From Octopus sinensis (Eukaryota): DNA of 64,000 nucleotides. The DNA lies in the NCBI RefSeq assembly GCF_006345805.1, contig NC_042998.1, forward strand, positions 5,394,001 through 5,458,000, written 5' to 3'. The translations under genes were made by a program, and so were the position numbers. Under the pieces are notes generated by a model. It did no database searches, was not told where the DNA came from, and worked only from the letters and a program-made list of their open reading frames with translations. This document shows, in pieces, positions 13,810-25,180 of this stretch (position 1 is its first letter; the number at the start of each line of letters is the position of its first letter).

Positions 13810-14699
13810 TTCATGTATGCATGATATTTTGCTTAAATTCAATTCCAAGTATAACTTTTACTTTAAATAAGAAATTATAAAACTATATTTTGCATATTAT
13901 TGACAATTCTCAGTCATTTCAAGCAGTCTGGTATTTCTTCAAGGATATTTTCTGTTTTCCAGTTTTATGATGTTATTGTTTTGCTTTTTTTTATTTTTAT
14001 TTTTATTTTTTGTGTGTGTCCGTTCCATTATATTCATTAAAACACACCTGGGAGCTGTGCATTAAAATGGGAATCTTGTTTTGTAGCAAATTAGCCTTTA
14101 TTTGCTCCCAATTTCTTTTGATAACTCAGAAGAATTTTTTTACGAATTTTGAATAAAATCAATTGATTTAATAGCTGGAGGAATATAAAATTTTAATCAA
14201 AAATTTTTCAAAAAAATGGTGATGTAATTTAAAGGAATTGTGGCCTGTTTGATGAATCTTATATTTCATTCATTCGTCATAGCAGAAATAATTTGGCCTT
14301 TAATATCAAGTTGCGAACTGGAAATTGAAAAGAGTAATTTTTCTAAATTGAATTTAGACATTTTTCCTGAAACATGTTCATAATATGTATGTATATTTCT
14401 CAAAGACAAAACGATGGCTACTTTCAAGTTATCTTTTCTTTCATTAATAACTTTCCAGCCAACATATACAGTATTTTTCCTGGACATGTCTGCTTCTATT
14501 GTTTTAGATGTCTCAAGAGAAATGCCCCGTGACTTGCATATAATTATGGGAATAATTACTGCAAATACAATACATGGATATGAATATACATGCACACACT
14601 CATATACATACATATATATGTGTGTGCATGTGTTTGTGTACACAAACACATGGATGTATATATGTTTGTGCATATATGTAAGTATGTATATTGCTACCA

Positions 14700-16500
14700 G
14701 TTGAAAGCCCCTCGCACCGTACACTAGCAGGCTTCTGGAGTCATCAGGAGAAAAAGTGCCGGTTTCAGAGCCTTCTTCTCCACTGTAACCTGGATAAAAT
14801 TCATGATGGTATTTACTTTATGTTGAATTAGGCCTTGCGACAGCAATCATTAATTCGTAATGTTTCCAATGAATCCTTTACATCTATCTTCGATTGGATA
14901 GTGTTCTGCTTTCTAGTTTGATCTTTACAATTCTAGAGGAGCTGTTCATAACGGTGTCCATGTTTTCTTCATGAGAAACCGTTATCTCTTCCAAGTTTAC
15001 TTTCTTATTTCTTTACTGCCCAAAAGAGGTTAAACGTAGAGGGGACGAACAAAGGGATTAAATCGATTACATCGACCCCAGTGCTTAAATGGTACTTATT
15101 TAATCGACCCCGAAGGGATGAATGGCTAAGTCGACCTCGGCGGAATTTGAACTCAGAACGTAGCGGCAGACGTAATACATATTTCTTTACTACCCACAAG
15201 GGGCTAAACACAGAGAAGACAAACAAGGACAGACAAACGGATTAAGTCGATTACATCGACCCCAGTGCGTAACTGGTACTTATTTAATCGACCCCGAAAG
15301 ATGAAAGGTAAAGTCGACCTCGGCGGAATTTGAACTCAGAACGTAGCGGCAGACGAAATACCGCTAAGCATTTTGCCCGGCATGCTAACATTTCTGCCAC
15401 AGCTTGCCGCCTTTCTTTTACTTTCTTTCTCTCACACCGTATGATATCTAATTTCTTTGTAACTAGAATGGTGAAGAATCCTTGGCATTCCGATAAATCT
15501 GCAACCACCTTCCAGTAGGCGTTCCACTTTCCATCGTTCGCAGGAAGTTTCTTCTCATGATGGATCTGCTGTGCAGGACGCACAAAAATAATGAAATTTA
15601 TGGCTGGTTTCTTCTGAGGTTTGTTGCCAGTTTTATTCAGCGCAAGTTGATTCTATGCAGTATTGAAGAGGATCTTAATGACTAGACTGTGGCTCCAGAT
15701 ATATCTATTCAACGCCAGTAAGCAGTTGGAAATAAAATGCTTCACTGTTCTTACTTGCCTGCATCTGCATTTATCACTCTTTCATACGTACCATCCCACC
15801 AATTTGTAGGCAACAGAAAGGCATCGGAGGATGAACGAATCAAAAAACTTCGTCGTGATGTACTCATTCCCGCTTCCGTGCTACTCCCATCTTGTCATTT
15901 GTCCTTGTTGAGAGCATTGAATCAAATGAAGCTCTTTTCTCTCTGATTCCCTTTCCTTGACTGTTGTTAACAACAAATCTGCGTTTACTCAGCATCATAC
16001 TTGAGAATAGTCTGAGCCGATCTGAGCCAAACACACGTCACTTCAGGTCAATTTGTGTGGCACCCACAAAATATCGGTGTTTATTTGAAGACAGGATGTC
16101 ATCTGTTCCTGCTTTTGTTTTCCCCTTCCTGGCTGTTTTTACATCCGTGGATTACTCCTTATTTCTCTATCCTTCACCTTTCTTAGCATCACCACTGTTC
16201 GTACCTTCCCAACTTCATATTTTTGATGATTGCCGTCAGTTGTAATTGCATTGAGACAACTTTACAATAAAGAGCTGAGCTGTTCGTTATCCGATGTAGA
16301 TCTAGCCATTTCCTAATGAACACATTGCACTTTTGCACAACAATTTGAACCTGTGACAGTGCCACCTCGTATAGTAATAGTGGCCACCAAAGGCATCGAT
16401 GTAAGCCAATCTGAAGACACCATATATATACTTGTCTAGTGATTTGAATCATCAATCGCTTTTAGTCCAATCTTTGCTTGCTCCATAATCTGCATCCCGC
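14700..16500 (-). mobile_element. Decayed Hero-like (R2 superfamily, RLE) retrotransposon 3' half
   Basis: IWCLQIGLHRCLWWPLLLYEVALSQV...FIRKWLDLHRITNSSALY (16189-16455), QGQMTRWE (~15890-15910) and EITVSHEENM (~14960-14990, cf. ELTVPWEE). Interrupted by a SINE at 15006-15412. Confidence 0.75.
15006..15412 (-). mobile_element. SINE family A, young tail, 1.7-mer form
   Basis: Two units joined near 15180. Candidate TSD TTTACTTTCT at 14996-15005 and 15417-15426. Confidence 0.9.
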
Positions 16501-16604
16501 GATCCTAGCTGACAAGGCTTCAGCTTATGCACGGCACTGAGAGAAAGAAAACGGAGAAAACTGACATATAGACACCAATTTATTAGAATATACATACATA
16601 TATA

Positions 16605-16823
16605 TATATATATAAATGAAAGATTGGAGTTGAACGACGATTTAACAAAATTCCTTATTCTCGACATATGTTTTGAAGACTGCATATTCTTAATTCCGAA
16701 GGAATAAAGGGTGCACCCTTTATTCCTACGGAATTAAGAATATGCAGTCTTCGAAACATATGTCGAGAATAAAGGAATTTTGTTAAATCGTCGTTCAACT
16801 CCATTCTTTCATTTATATATATA
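16605..16823. repeat. Near-perfect spacer-less palindrome (~109-bp arms) in (TA)n
   Basis: Axis AAAGGGTG|CACCCTTT at 16713/16714. Three mismatches and one indel between arms. Confidence 0.95.
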
Positions 16824-16962
16824 AAAAAAAAACACAAATTTCCACACGAAAGCACGTGATTTCTGCCCTTGGCATGTAGTTTCAACCGTGTTTTCTGATG
16901 TGAATTTGCTACCCGGGTATCGGTTAACCGAATTATCCATACTAGGGTAATTCATTCAACTA

Positions 16963-17002
<40 letters not shown>

Positions 17003-17006
<4 letters not shown>

Positions 17007-17440
17007 ATCCAAACAAGAAAGCAGAAAAAAACACAACAACGCGAGGACGTGGAACAAATATAGTATTATTGGACGCTCAGAAAAGAAGGAAAGAAGGAGG
17101 GTTTAACGTTTCGAGCGGAGCTCTTCGTCGGAAACATAGGAGAAGGAAAGATCCAGAGAAGGGAAGACAGGGAAAAAATCGCCAACGGTACACACGCGGT
17201 CACATTATATATATATATATATATATATAGTTAATCCAAACAAGAAAGCACAAAAAAACACAACAACGCGAGGACGTATAACAAATATAGTATTATTGGA
17301 CGCTCAGAAAAGAAGGAAAGAAGGAGGGTTTAACGTTTCGAGCGGAGCTCTTCGTCGGAAACATAGGAGAAGGAAAGATCCAGAGAAGGGAAGACAGAGG
17401 AAAAAAATCGGCAACGGTACACATCGGGTCACATTTTGAA
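17003..17440 (-). mobile_element. Two tandem ~205-bp TA-embedded elements with hammerhead-like motif
   Basis: Near-identical copies 17003-17205 and 17230-17440, flanked and separated by (TA)n. Confidence 0.85.
17101..17135 (-). ncRNA. Minimal type-I hammerhead-ribozyme-like motif (second copy 17328-17362)
   Basis: GUUU-CCGACGA-A-GAGC(UCC)GCUC-GAAACGUU-AAAC: stem I GUUU/AAAC, stem II GAGC/GCUC, palindromic ACGU in place of stem III. The core has U4 to C. Confidence 0.6.
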
Positions 17441-17454
17441 TATATATATATATA

Positions 17455-17628
17455 AGGAGAGTTCACGAGAAATAAAACAAAAGACGAAGACAGGTGGTGT
17501 AGAAAACAAACGGATGTATTAATATAACGCTCAGGAATTGAAAAAGTATTTTACGTTTCGGGCCTACGCTCTTCTACAGAAAGGGACGCAGAAAAAACAA
17601 GGAGAGAAAAAATGTGTTTAGTGGCTAC
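17455..17628 (-). mobile_element. TA-embedded ~175-bp element, second hammerhead-like subfamily
   Basis: Homologous to 33921-34097 in opposite orientation. Motif UUU-CUGUAGA-A-GAGC(GUAG)GCCC-GAAACGUA-AAA at 17549-17583. Confidence 0.75.
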
Positions 17629-17699
17629 GTATGAACTATTGATTCCTGCCAAACCAATTCATTAGTTACAGTTTATTGTATTATTTACTTTTTCCCTTT

Positions 17700-18350
17700 T
17701 CGTTTCAGCTTAGATGGCCTGTAAACGTTACGGGAACTAGTCATCCTAATCTGAATAAGCCATTTCCAAACATACTTAATTCTTTGAAATATATCTTAAA
17801 TTATCAAAGTGCTCTACAACTTTCAGTTTTAACTATTCTCATCGTCTTTACACTCTACACTTACTCTGTAACATAATGTTTATATTCAGTAACGTCTCAG
17901 CCACTCTAGCGTTTATATATGTTTATTAGTCTGATGTACACCTCTCTCGTTCCATGTATCACCGTCGCCTTTCAAGCCATTTTATCTTAATTAACAAGTT
18001 CTTCTTTGTCCCATTGTACTATTTTCCCACTATACCCAATAAGTAAGAGAGACGCTAAATCATGTAATCTAGAATACTTCTAGCTCCTGGAATACTTTTT
18101 CTAAATGTATTGTTCATGTTGGTTTCTTTTGTCATATCTAACTCTATCGTATCAGTGTTCCAAATATGTTTCACGAGCTTATTATATAGCAATTGTATCC
18201 CAATTATTCCACGATTTTCCTCTTCTCATTTTCAATATCCCTGCTTTTAATCCCAAAATTACACTCCAATATCACCATGTCTTTATCAAATCTGTATAAT
18301 GTATGGAAATTGCTCCAAGCTATTCCAAACCGACGATGGGTTTATGCTTT
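17700..18350 (-). mobile_element. Possible highly decayed LINE apurinic-endonuclease region
   Basis: Weak minus-strand matches: DMVILECN (cf. xxIxGDFN), MNNTFRKS and SILDYMI (cf. SQIDYI). Confidence 0.35.
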
Positions 18351-18837
18351 GAATTCATAGAAGTAATGTTAAAGTTATGATGCATATCAAAGAAGCAAAC
18401 TGAGAACATTATTATGAAGGGAAATTCCACTATTACTCCTAATACTTACTAAATTATTATTGTATCAAGTAGTGGTTTTCTTTACTTTCTTTTGGTGACA
18501 TCAATCAGTTTTCTTATATTTCCCAATACATATATTAGCTCTGAGCATACTACAGTCCAGAAATATGGAAATGAAAATATATTTATGATATAAACATGTA
18601 ATCTTGTAGTAACGGATCTAATAAGTATTCTAAGTTTAACTATAATTTCTGCTTACATATTAATAAACATTTTAGGTAATATTACAGCACGCATGTTTCT
18701 AAATTTTGAGTGCGAATTTATTGTAATTGCTTAACTTTCATTCTTCACATTTTAAATACTTCGTTTTCAAGATTCTTATATTTCGACAGATTTTCCTTTG
18801 CTCTTAGAAAGGTTTGTGATATCTATCAGTATGTGTA

Positions 18838-19125
18838 GTAGAGGCACATAGCCTAGTGGTTAGAGCAGCGGGTTCACAGTCAAGGGATCAGACCGGGTGA
18901 TGTGTGTGTTTATGAGCGAAACACCTGAGCTCCACGCGCCTCCGGCAGAAGGTAATGGCGAACTTCTGTTGATTCTTTCGCCACAACTTTCTCTCACTGT
19001 TTCCTCCTGCATGTTGCAGCTCACCTGCGACGGACCGGCGTCCCGTCCAGGTGGGGAACCTATACGCCAAGGAAACCGGGAAACCGGCCCTTATGAGCCA
19101 GGCATGGCTCGAGAAGGAACAAACA
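18838..19125 (+). mobile_element. SINE family D
   Basis: AGAGGCACATAGCCTAGTGGTTAGAGC head. Shares a 3' block GCGACGGACCGGCGTCCCGTCCAG...GAAACCGGGAAACCGGCCC with family C. Confidence 0.82.
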
Positions 19126-19862
19126 TGTATGTGTGTCGTTTCCTTGGCTTTCACTGGTATGTCTGGACTGTGTTTCTTGATGTCGTTCTCGGACTGTGAC
19201 CAGATCGTTGTCATGTAACATGTTTGGTACATGCTTATACCACTTCATGATTGCTTTCACATGAAAATATATTTATGATATGAACATGTGATCTTGTAGT
19301 AACAGATCTAATAAGTATCGGTTATATCTGTAGATATCAGTAGATATAGTTGTCAGCTCAATCGTGTCTGTGTGCATATTCGAATTTAATAAGAACAAGG
19401 CAAGGAATATATTCAGATATGGCAAATCTGAAATGATGCTGTCCACCGTCACCTTGTACTAGCTTCACATTCTACACACATTGTTCTTTTGTTCTTTTTT
19501 CGTTCTTTTGTTCTTATAATTGTTTGTGTCCTTACATAGGTCTGATACAGCAAGAATGAGCACATCCATTTTCCTTTTTCATCCGGGGATTTTGATACAC
19601 TGTCAGCCCATACAAATTATAACCTACCTTTGTAACGTTCCCATTAAATAAGACCCGTGTTGCAAATAGTACACATCATAATCGTCATCTTTATAATCAT
19701 CATCATCGTCATCATCATCGTATGTAGAGACTCAAAGCATTTAAGAACTTCCTGCCAACTGCCGGAGACAGGAGTAGGAAGATCCCCACATCTGCCGACG
19801 CGTTCTCCATAAGAGCAACATCAACATGAAAAGCAGTTGCAGCATCACCAACAGCAGCACGA

Positions 19863-20050
19863 GTAGAGGCGCAATGGCCCAGTGGTTAGGGCAGCGGACT
19901 CGCGGTCGTAAGAACGCGGTTGCGATTCCCAGACCGAGCATTGTGAGTGTTTATTGAGCAAAAACATCTAAGCTCCAGGAGGCTCCGGCGGGGGAAGGGG
20001 GTGGTGAACCCCGCTGTACTCTTTCACCACAACTTTCTCTCACTCTTTCT
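19863..20050 (+). mobile_element. SINE family D, 3'-truncated
   Basis: AGAGGCGCAATGGCCCAGTGGTTAGGGC ... GGTTGCGATTCCC head, and CACAACTTTCTCTCACT shared with the 18838 copy. Confidence 0.8.
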
Positions 20051-20343
20051 CATACTTCTGCCACAAAGCAGAGGAACCATGGTGTAACCCACTGTGGTGT
20101 GGTAAACTTTCAGACCCTAGTCTAGATTGTGAATCCTCTGTACCCCAGGATGGTTCAGCTTTCCACCTGTTAAAAACCACTGTTTACAGAATGAGGATAA
20201 CAACGTAGCATTTGCACCCGTGCAACCGCCAGTCTATCGCGTATGGTGGGTGGATCTTCAAGTTGTCACACGTATTCTTAGTAGCTGAGAGAAGGCTCGA
20301 ATTAGAGATTATTCTTTGTGGCTAATGGCGTGAGTCCTGATTG

Positions 20344-20485
20344 GAAGAAGAAGAAGAAGAAGAAGAAGAAGAAGAAGAAGAAGAAGAAGAAGAAGAAGAA
20401 GAAGAAGAAGAAGAAGAGAAGAAGAAGAAGAAGAAGAAGAAGAAGAAGAAGAAGAAGAAGAAGAAGAAGAAGAAGAAGAAGAAGA
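20344..20485. repeat. (GAA)n microsatellite
   Basis: Direct reading. Confidence 0.95.
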
Positions 20486-20962
20486 CAGCCGCATGAAACG
20501 CAACAGCACCAAAAACGATAACAGCAGCGTCAAAAGGAGAAACAGGAGAATTACAGTCACCAAGATTAGCAGATACCAACACGACAATCCCTCCCACAGC
20601 AAATTTCTGTGACAACAAAAATTCGCCTTACGAAGAGAACGATTTCAAAGATTCGCCAGAATGGATACTTATCAAAGGAGGAGGTAAAACGGGAAATGAA
20701 AAATATCGCACCAGACAAAATACAAGATCTTAGATGAAGAGACACAGAAACTAATAACCACACACTCACAACACATAAAGCAACACAATCGCAAATACCT
20801 CCAATATTATAAATGCCATCAACATTTCAAACACTACAATAAATGGAAAAGCAAAATAATGTACAGCAACAACCAAAGCAGCATCCCGAGACCAAATAAA
20901 CAAAAAACTTTATCAACTACACAACCGAACAAAAGATTGATAAGGCATATACATCAACATAC

Positions 20963-21110
20963 GTGGAGGTACGTGGCGTAGTGGTTAGTGTGTTGGATTC
21001 GTGATCGTAAGAATGTGGTGGCTTCGATTCTAGGAGCGGTCGATGCGTTATGTTCTGAAGCAAAACACTTTATTTCACGTCGCTCCAGTCCACTCGGCTG
21101 ATAAAAAAAC
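20963..21110 (+). mobile_element. SINE family C 5' part, diverged
   Basis: GGAGGTACGTGGCGTAGTGGTTAG ... GCAAAACACTTTATTTCACGTCGCTCCAGTCCACTC. Confidence 0.75.
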
Positions 21111-21129
21111 AGCGGCAACGTAGATTTCC

Positions 21130-21800
21130 AGTCTCTTTTCTATTTTGCAAAGATCAAAGAGAATCTCAGTGAGGATCTAAAGAGCAAAATCAAATGTTTC
21201 AATCTCTTTTCTGCTGCTGCTGCAAGAAAACATGGGTAAGTTTCAGAGGTTTACACAACACGTCATGACTTGAACACCACGGCCTCAGTGTGCACAAGAT
21301 TCCATCTCTGCTCTCTACACAAAATGCACCAATTCGTTGGCAATATATGTCAAGGTGCCGAGGATTTCAATGGCATGAGATTACTCAAACATCCACACTC
21401 TCTTAGGTGGAGTACAGCTGCACTGATCTGATCATATTATTGGAATAGAAGGAAAATGGCTTCAGAAACATCGTTTCTATGGGGAGTTAGTAGACGAGGG
21501 GAGAAATTCTGTCGGTGAACAGTAAAAATAATACAAGGATACTTCCAAGTCCTTCTCAGTTAATTTAGAATCATGCGAGTATCTTGAAGTTGAAAGGTCT
21601 AGCTGATGCGGTCTTATATAAAAAGGAGTCGTAATTCCTAAGCAAGCTAAGAACAGAAGGGGAGGAGAAGAGTAAATTGAGAAAGTCCAGAGCCACTTGT
21701 GCGCGGATACAAAAACGTGACAGCAACTTCCGGGTACATGCATGAAAAAGGATGTCATAATCGTTATTTGCATGAACGGAGGGGATATCTGTAAATAAAT
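21130..21800 (+). mobile_element. Decayed RTE (BovB-like) LINE 3' region
   Basis: Broken reading resembling RTE C-termini: FHLCSL, PSIHTLL-like, FYGEL..GR.SVG.Q.K.YKDT. Confidence 0.6.
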
Positions 21801-22919
21801 TTCGAAGAACACTGAACGAATTTGATTGTACTCAGTCAATCAGAGTTGGACTGGAGCTAATGAAAAAAGAAAAAAAAACAGCTATATTTTAAAATGCTCA
21901 ATTTCTTAGTTCAAGTTTTCTAAACGAAAAATTACACTTAATAAACGATTACATATTCCTCAATAAGTTTTCAAGTCGACATGTGTTATTTTTCTTTCTA
22001 TTCTGTTATTTAAAGCAGCTTAAAGTGATGTAAAAGTACACAAAACCTTGCATAATTTAGTTTAACTTTCAAATACGTAGCGAAAGACTGGTTGAAATTT
22101 CTGTGCTTATGAACAGATAAATTTCGACGTCTTTTTAGTCCCACATACTTGATAGTTAAACCAAATAAAACAATTTACTTAATTATTTATTTTTCCGTTA
22201 TTATAAATTAAATTTGGCATGTTGTAAATGGCCAATTAGTAACAAATACATTAGACAGAAAAGTCTGTGAGAAGATTACAATCAATTTAAAATAAAACAA
22301 TTTACAAAATAAACTATATTATTTCCAATTATATCCTATTCATTTCTCTCTGAACAGACGTTCTACTTTTCATATCATTTACAGAAAGGATCAGCTTCTA
22401 ATTGCTAATCCTACAGTATTCTGAGTAAACGTTGACAATAAACTTAGTTAGCATGTGTAATGTAATCATTGTATATCCAGATTCCTACATTTTACAAAGT
22501 ATTTTTCCTTTAGTTTCATTAACAAGAATGATATCTTTGCATGTGAAAATCTCTCAAAGCATTTCTCTGGCATATTCAAACCAGTGGGCTTTAATTAAAT
22601 GATTAAAGCAACTAAAAGAGTAATCATATTATTATGTTTTTATCTAAATGCGTGTTTTCTTCTTTAGTTTTTTTCTTCTTTTTTTTTTTAATGTCTGGCA
22701 TTGAGAGAACTTGTTTGTAAAATACCATTGGAAACAATGATGTTTGTGCCAACCATAATAATGGTGATGGGGTGCGGTTGTTTCTTTTGATGACAGTGAT
22801 GATGGTGAAGTTGATAATGGTGGTATTGCTGATAATAATGGTGGCGGCGTTCTGGTGGAGATGGTACTTGTAGTGACTATCAGTAGTAATGGTGGTGGTA
22901 ATGTGCCTGCTGCTTCTCA

Positions 22920-22976
22920 TGGTGATGATAATAACGACTATGACGATAACGAAGATGATGATGATGATGATGATGA

Positions 22977-23012
<36 letters not shown>

Positions 23013-23018
23013 TGATGG

Positions 23019-23055
<37 letters not shown>

Positions 23056-23122
23056 ATTTCGGAGGGAGTGAGAATAATGATGGTGATGTTGGTAGGAGGA
23101 GGAGGAGGAGGAGGAGGAGGAG
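22920..23122. repeat. Compound (GAT/GAC)n and (GGA)n microsatellite
   Basis: Direct reading. Confidence 0.9.
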
Positions 23123-23450
23123 AAATATTGTGACGATTGTTATAATATCAAATTTAGTGACTACAAAATCGTGCAGACTCAAGCTGGGAAGCTAACAAAT
23201 TGGCTGCGCAATAGAATTAAAATCTTGGTATACAGGAAACGTGTCCATCATTCTATTTGTGGCTAGTATATCTTGAATAAAGAAAAATAAATACCATCCA
23301 TCGTTCAACTGGTTCGTTCCGGCAATCACATTGACTCATCATGCCACTGTTTTAGTGTATTACCATTTGATGATTTTCTAAAAGCGGTTCCTAGAAATGA
23401 CCTACGCCAGTTCATGGTCTAATATTTGAGAGTCGATGTTAGAATCGAAT

Positions 23451-23665
23451 AAGACGGTGAGCAGGCGAAAGCGTTAGCAAGCCGGGCGAAATGCTTAGCG
23501 GCATTTCTTCCGTCTATACGTTCTGAGATTAAGTTTCGCCGAGGTTCACTTTACCTTTCATTCTTATGAGGTCAATAAAAATGAGTACCAGTTGAGTACT
23601 GGGGGTCAATTTAATTGACTTGACCTGCCCTCCGAAATTTCTGGCCTTGTGCCAAATTTTGAAAC
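23451..23665 (+). mobile_element. SINE family A, old tail, diverged
   Basis: AAGACGGTGAGCAGGCGAAAGCG head through GAAATTTCTGGCCTTGTGCC tail. Confidence 0.78.
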
Positions 23666-24723
23666 CCATATTAGATTTCTATGTTCAAGTTGCATCCAGT
23701 AATGAGTACCATGGATTTTTTTATAATTAAACTTTCATAGAATACTTATCAGAGAGATACTCCTCAAATAAATGTTAGTAAATGCATATGTAAAAATGTC
23801 TTTGGTAATGTATATATCCTCTTTTTATTGTTTTAGCTATCTTTATCAACAAACTTATACGTTTAAAACGTTGTATGGAGATATTATTTTGAGTTCACTC
23901 CTTTACTAAGAATGACACTGTTATTATGTAGCCATCTTTATGCATAACGATGTTAACTCATCCCTCGATACTCCCAAAACACTGAAAATATAAGGTATTA
24001 CAATACGTCAGTGCAGTTTTAGAGACGTTAAAAATACTCTTTTGATCTTAGTAACATGCTTGAGGGCTTTCCTCGCACAAAAAAGCGTTCATATAAGTAC
24101 TTCCAGGCCTGAGAACACTCCGTGTTATTCCATACTCTTCAGAGTATCTCCACTAACACCGTATTAGATATATTAAGATCATCAGGCCCATAAAGCGATT
24201 AGTTTCAGGCGTCATTCTTCAATTAATGACCCTTTTCTCGTTAATTTCGAAGGTGTGTCACATAAAAAGAGATCATCTTAATGTTTACAGTCCTAAGAGA
24301 ACTCCACATTGTTTTATACTCATAACTTGAAAGTATTTCCTCTCACATATTAAATATATCCTCGCCATAGTCTGTAAGTCTATAAGAAGAACCCATTCTT
24401 TGTTAATTTTTCAGCTTAACTAAAAGTTTTGCAATATACTTCAAACTAGGATTTCTAGGTTGAGACACAATATCACAAATTTTAGGGTAAGGTACAAATA
24501 GATTGTATCAATCCCAGTACATTCCTGGTACTTATTTTACCAACAACAGAAGAATAAAATGCAAAATTGACCCTAGTAAGATTTGAACTGTGAACGAAAA
24601 TGTGACTTATTCGGTGCTACTTTGGCGTGGGATCTACAACTTAAAGAGTGATTACTTTAGGCTACATTTAAGTTTACTTTTCAATTTCTAAAACCCTCAT
24701 GATGTTGACTAAATATTTTTTAT

Positions 24724-24917
24724 AGGCGCAGGAGTGGCTGTGTGGTAAATAGCTTGCTTACCAACCACGTGGTTTCGGGTTCAGTCCTACTGCGTGGCAC
24801 CTTGGGCAAGTGTCTTCTACTAAAGTCTCGGGCCGACCAAAGCCTTGTGAGTCTATTTGGTAGACGGAAACTGAAAGAAGCCAGTCGTATATATGTATAT
24901 ATATGTGTGTGTGTGTG

Positions 24918-24975
<58 letters not shown>

Positions 24976-25180
24976 TTGTCCCCTAACACCGCTTGACAAC
25001 AGATGCTGGCGTGTTTATGTCCTCGTAACTTAGCGGTTCGGCAAAAGAGACCAATAGAATAATTACTCGGCTTACCAAGAATAATTTCCGGAGTCGATTT
25101 GCTCGACTAAAGACGGTGCTCCAGCATGGCCACAGGCGAATGACTGAAACAAGTAAAATAGTAAAAGAGTAAAAGAGAGT
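24724..25180 (+). mobile_element. SINE family B (tRNA head, CORE-like ACCTTGGGCAAG, internal TA/TG microsatellite)
   Basis: GGCGCAGGAGTGGCTGTGTGGTAA head and (GAGTAAAA)n tail. Homologous to the 40953, 47185 and 58655 copies. Confidence 0.88.

Noticed and set aside
16966-17630. CRISPR-like repeat/spacer array
   Set aside because: The 'repeats' are TA microsatellites and the 'spacers' are ~200-bp homologous elements. Eukaryotic context with no cas genes.
19863-19935. tRNA gene
   Set aside because: The A/B boxes belong to a SINE head that runs into SINE body. No convincing acceptor stem or terminator. The same applies to the other SINE heads.
20309-20618. Poly-K/R/S/F ORFs
   Set aside because: (GAA)n microsatellite.
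20530-20960. Possible N-terminal part of an R4-like ORF (KIRQNGYLSKEEV)
   Set aside because: A single weak motif, not enough to call.
22624-23182. Poly-D/H/M ORFs
   Set aside because: Compound trinucleotide microsatellite with no splice or domain support.
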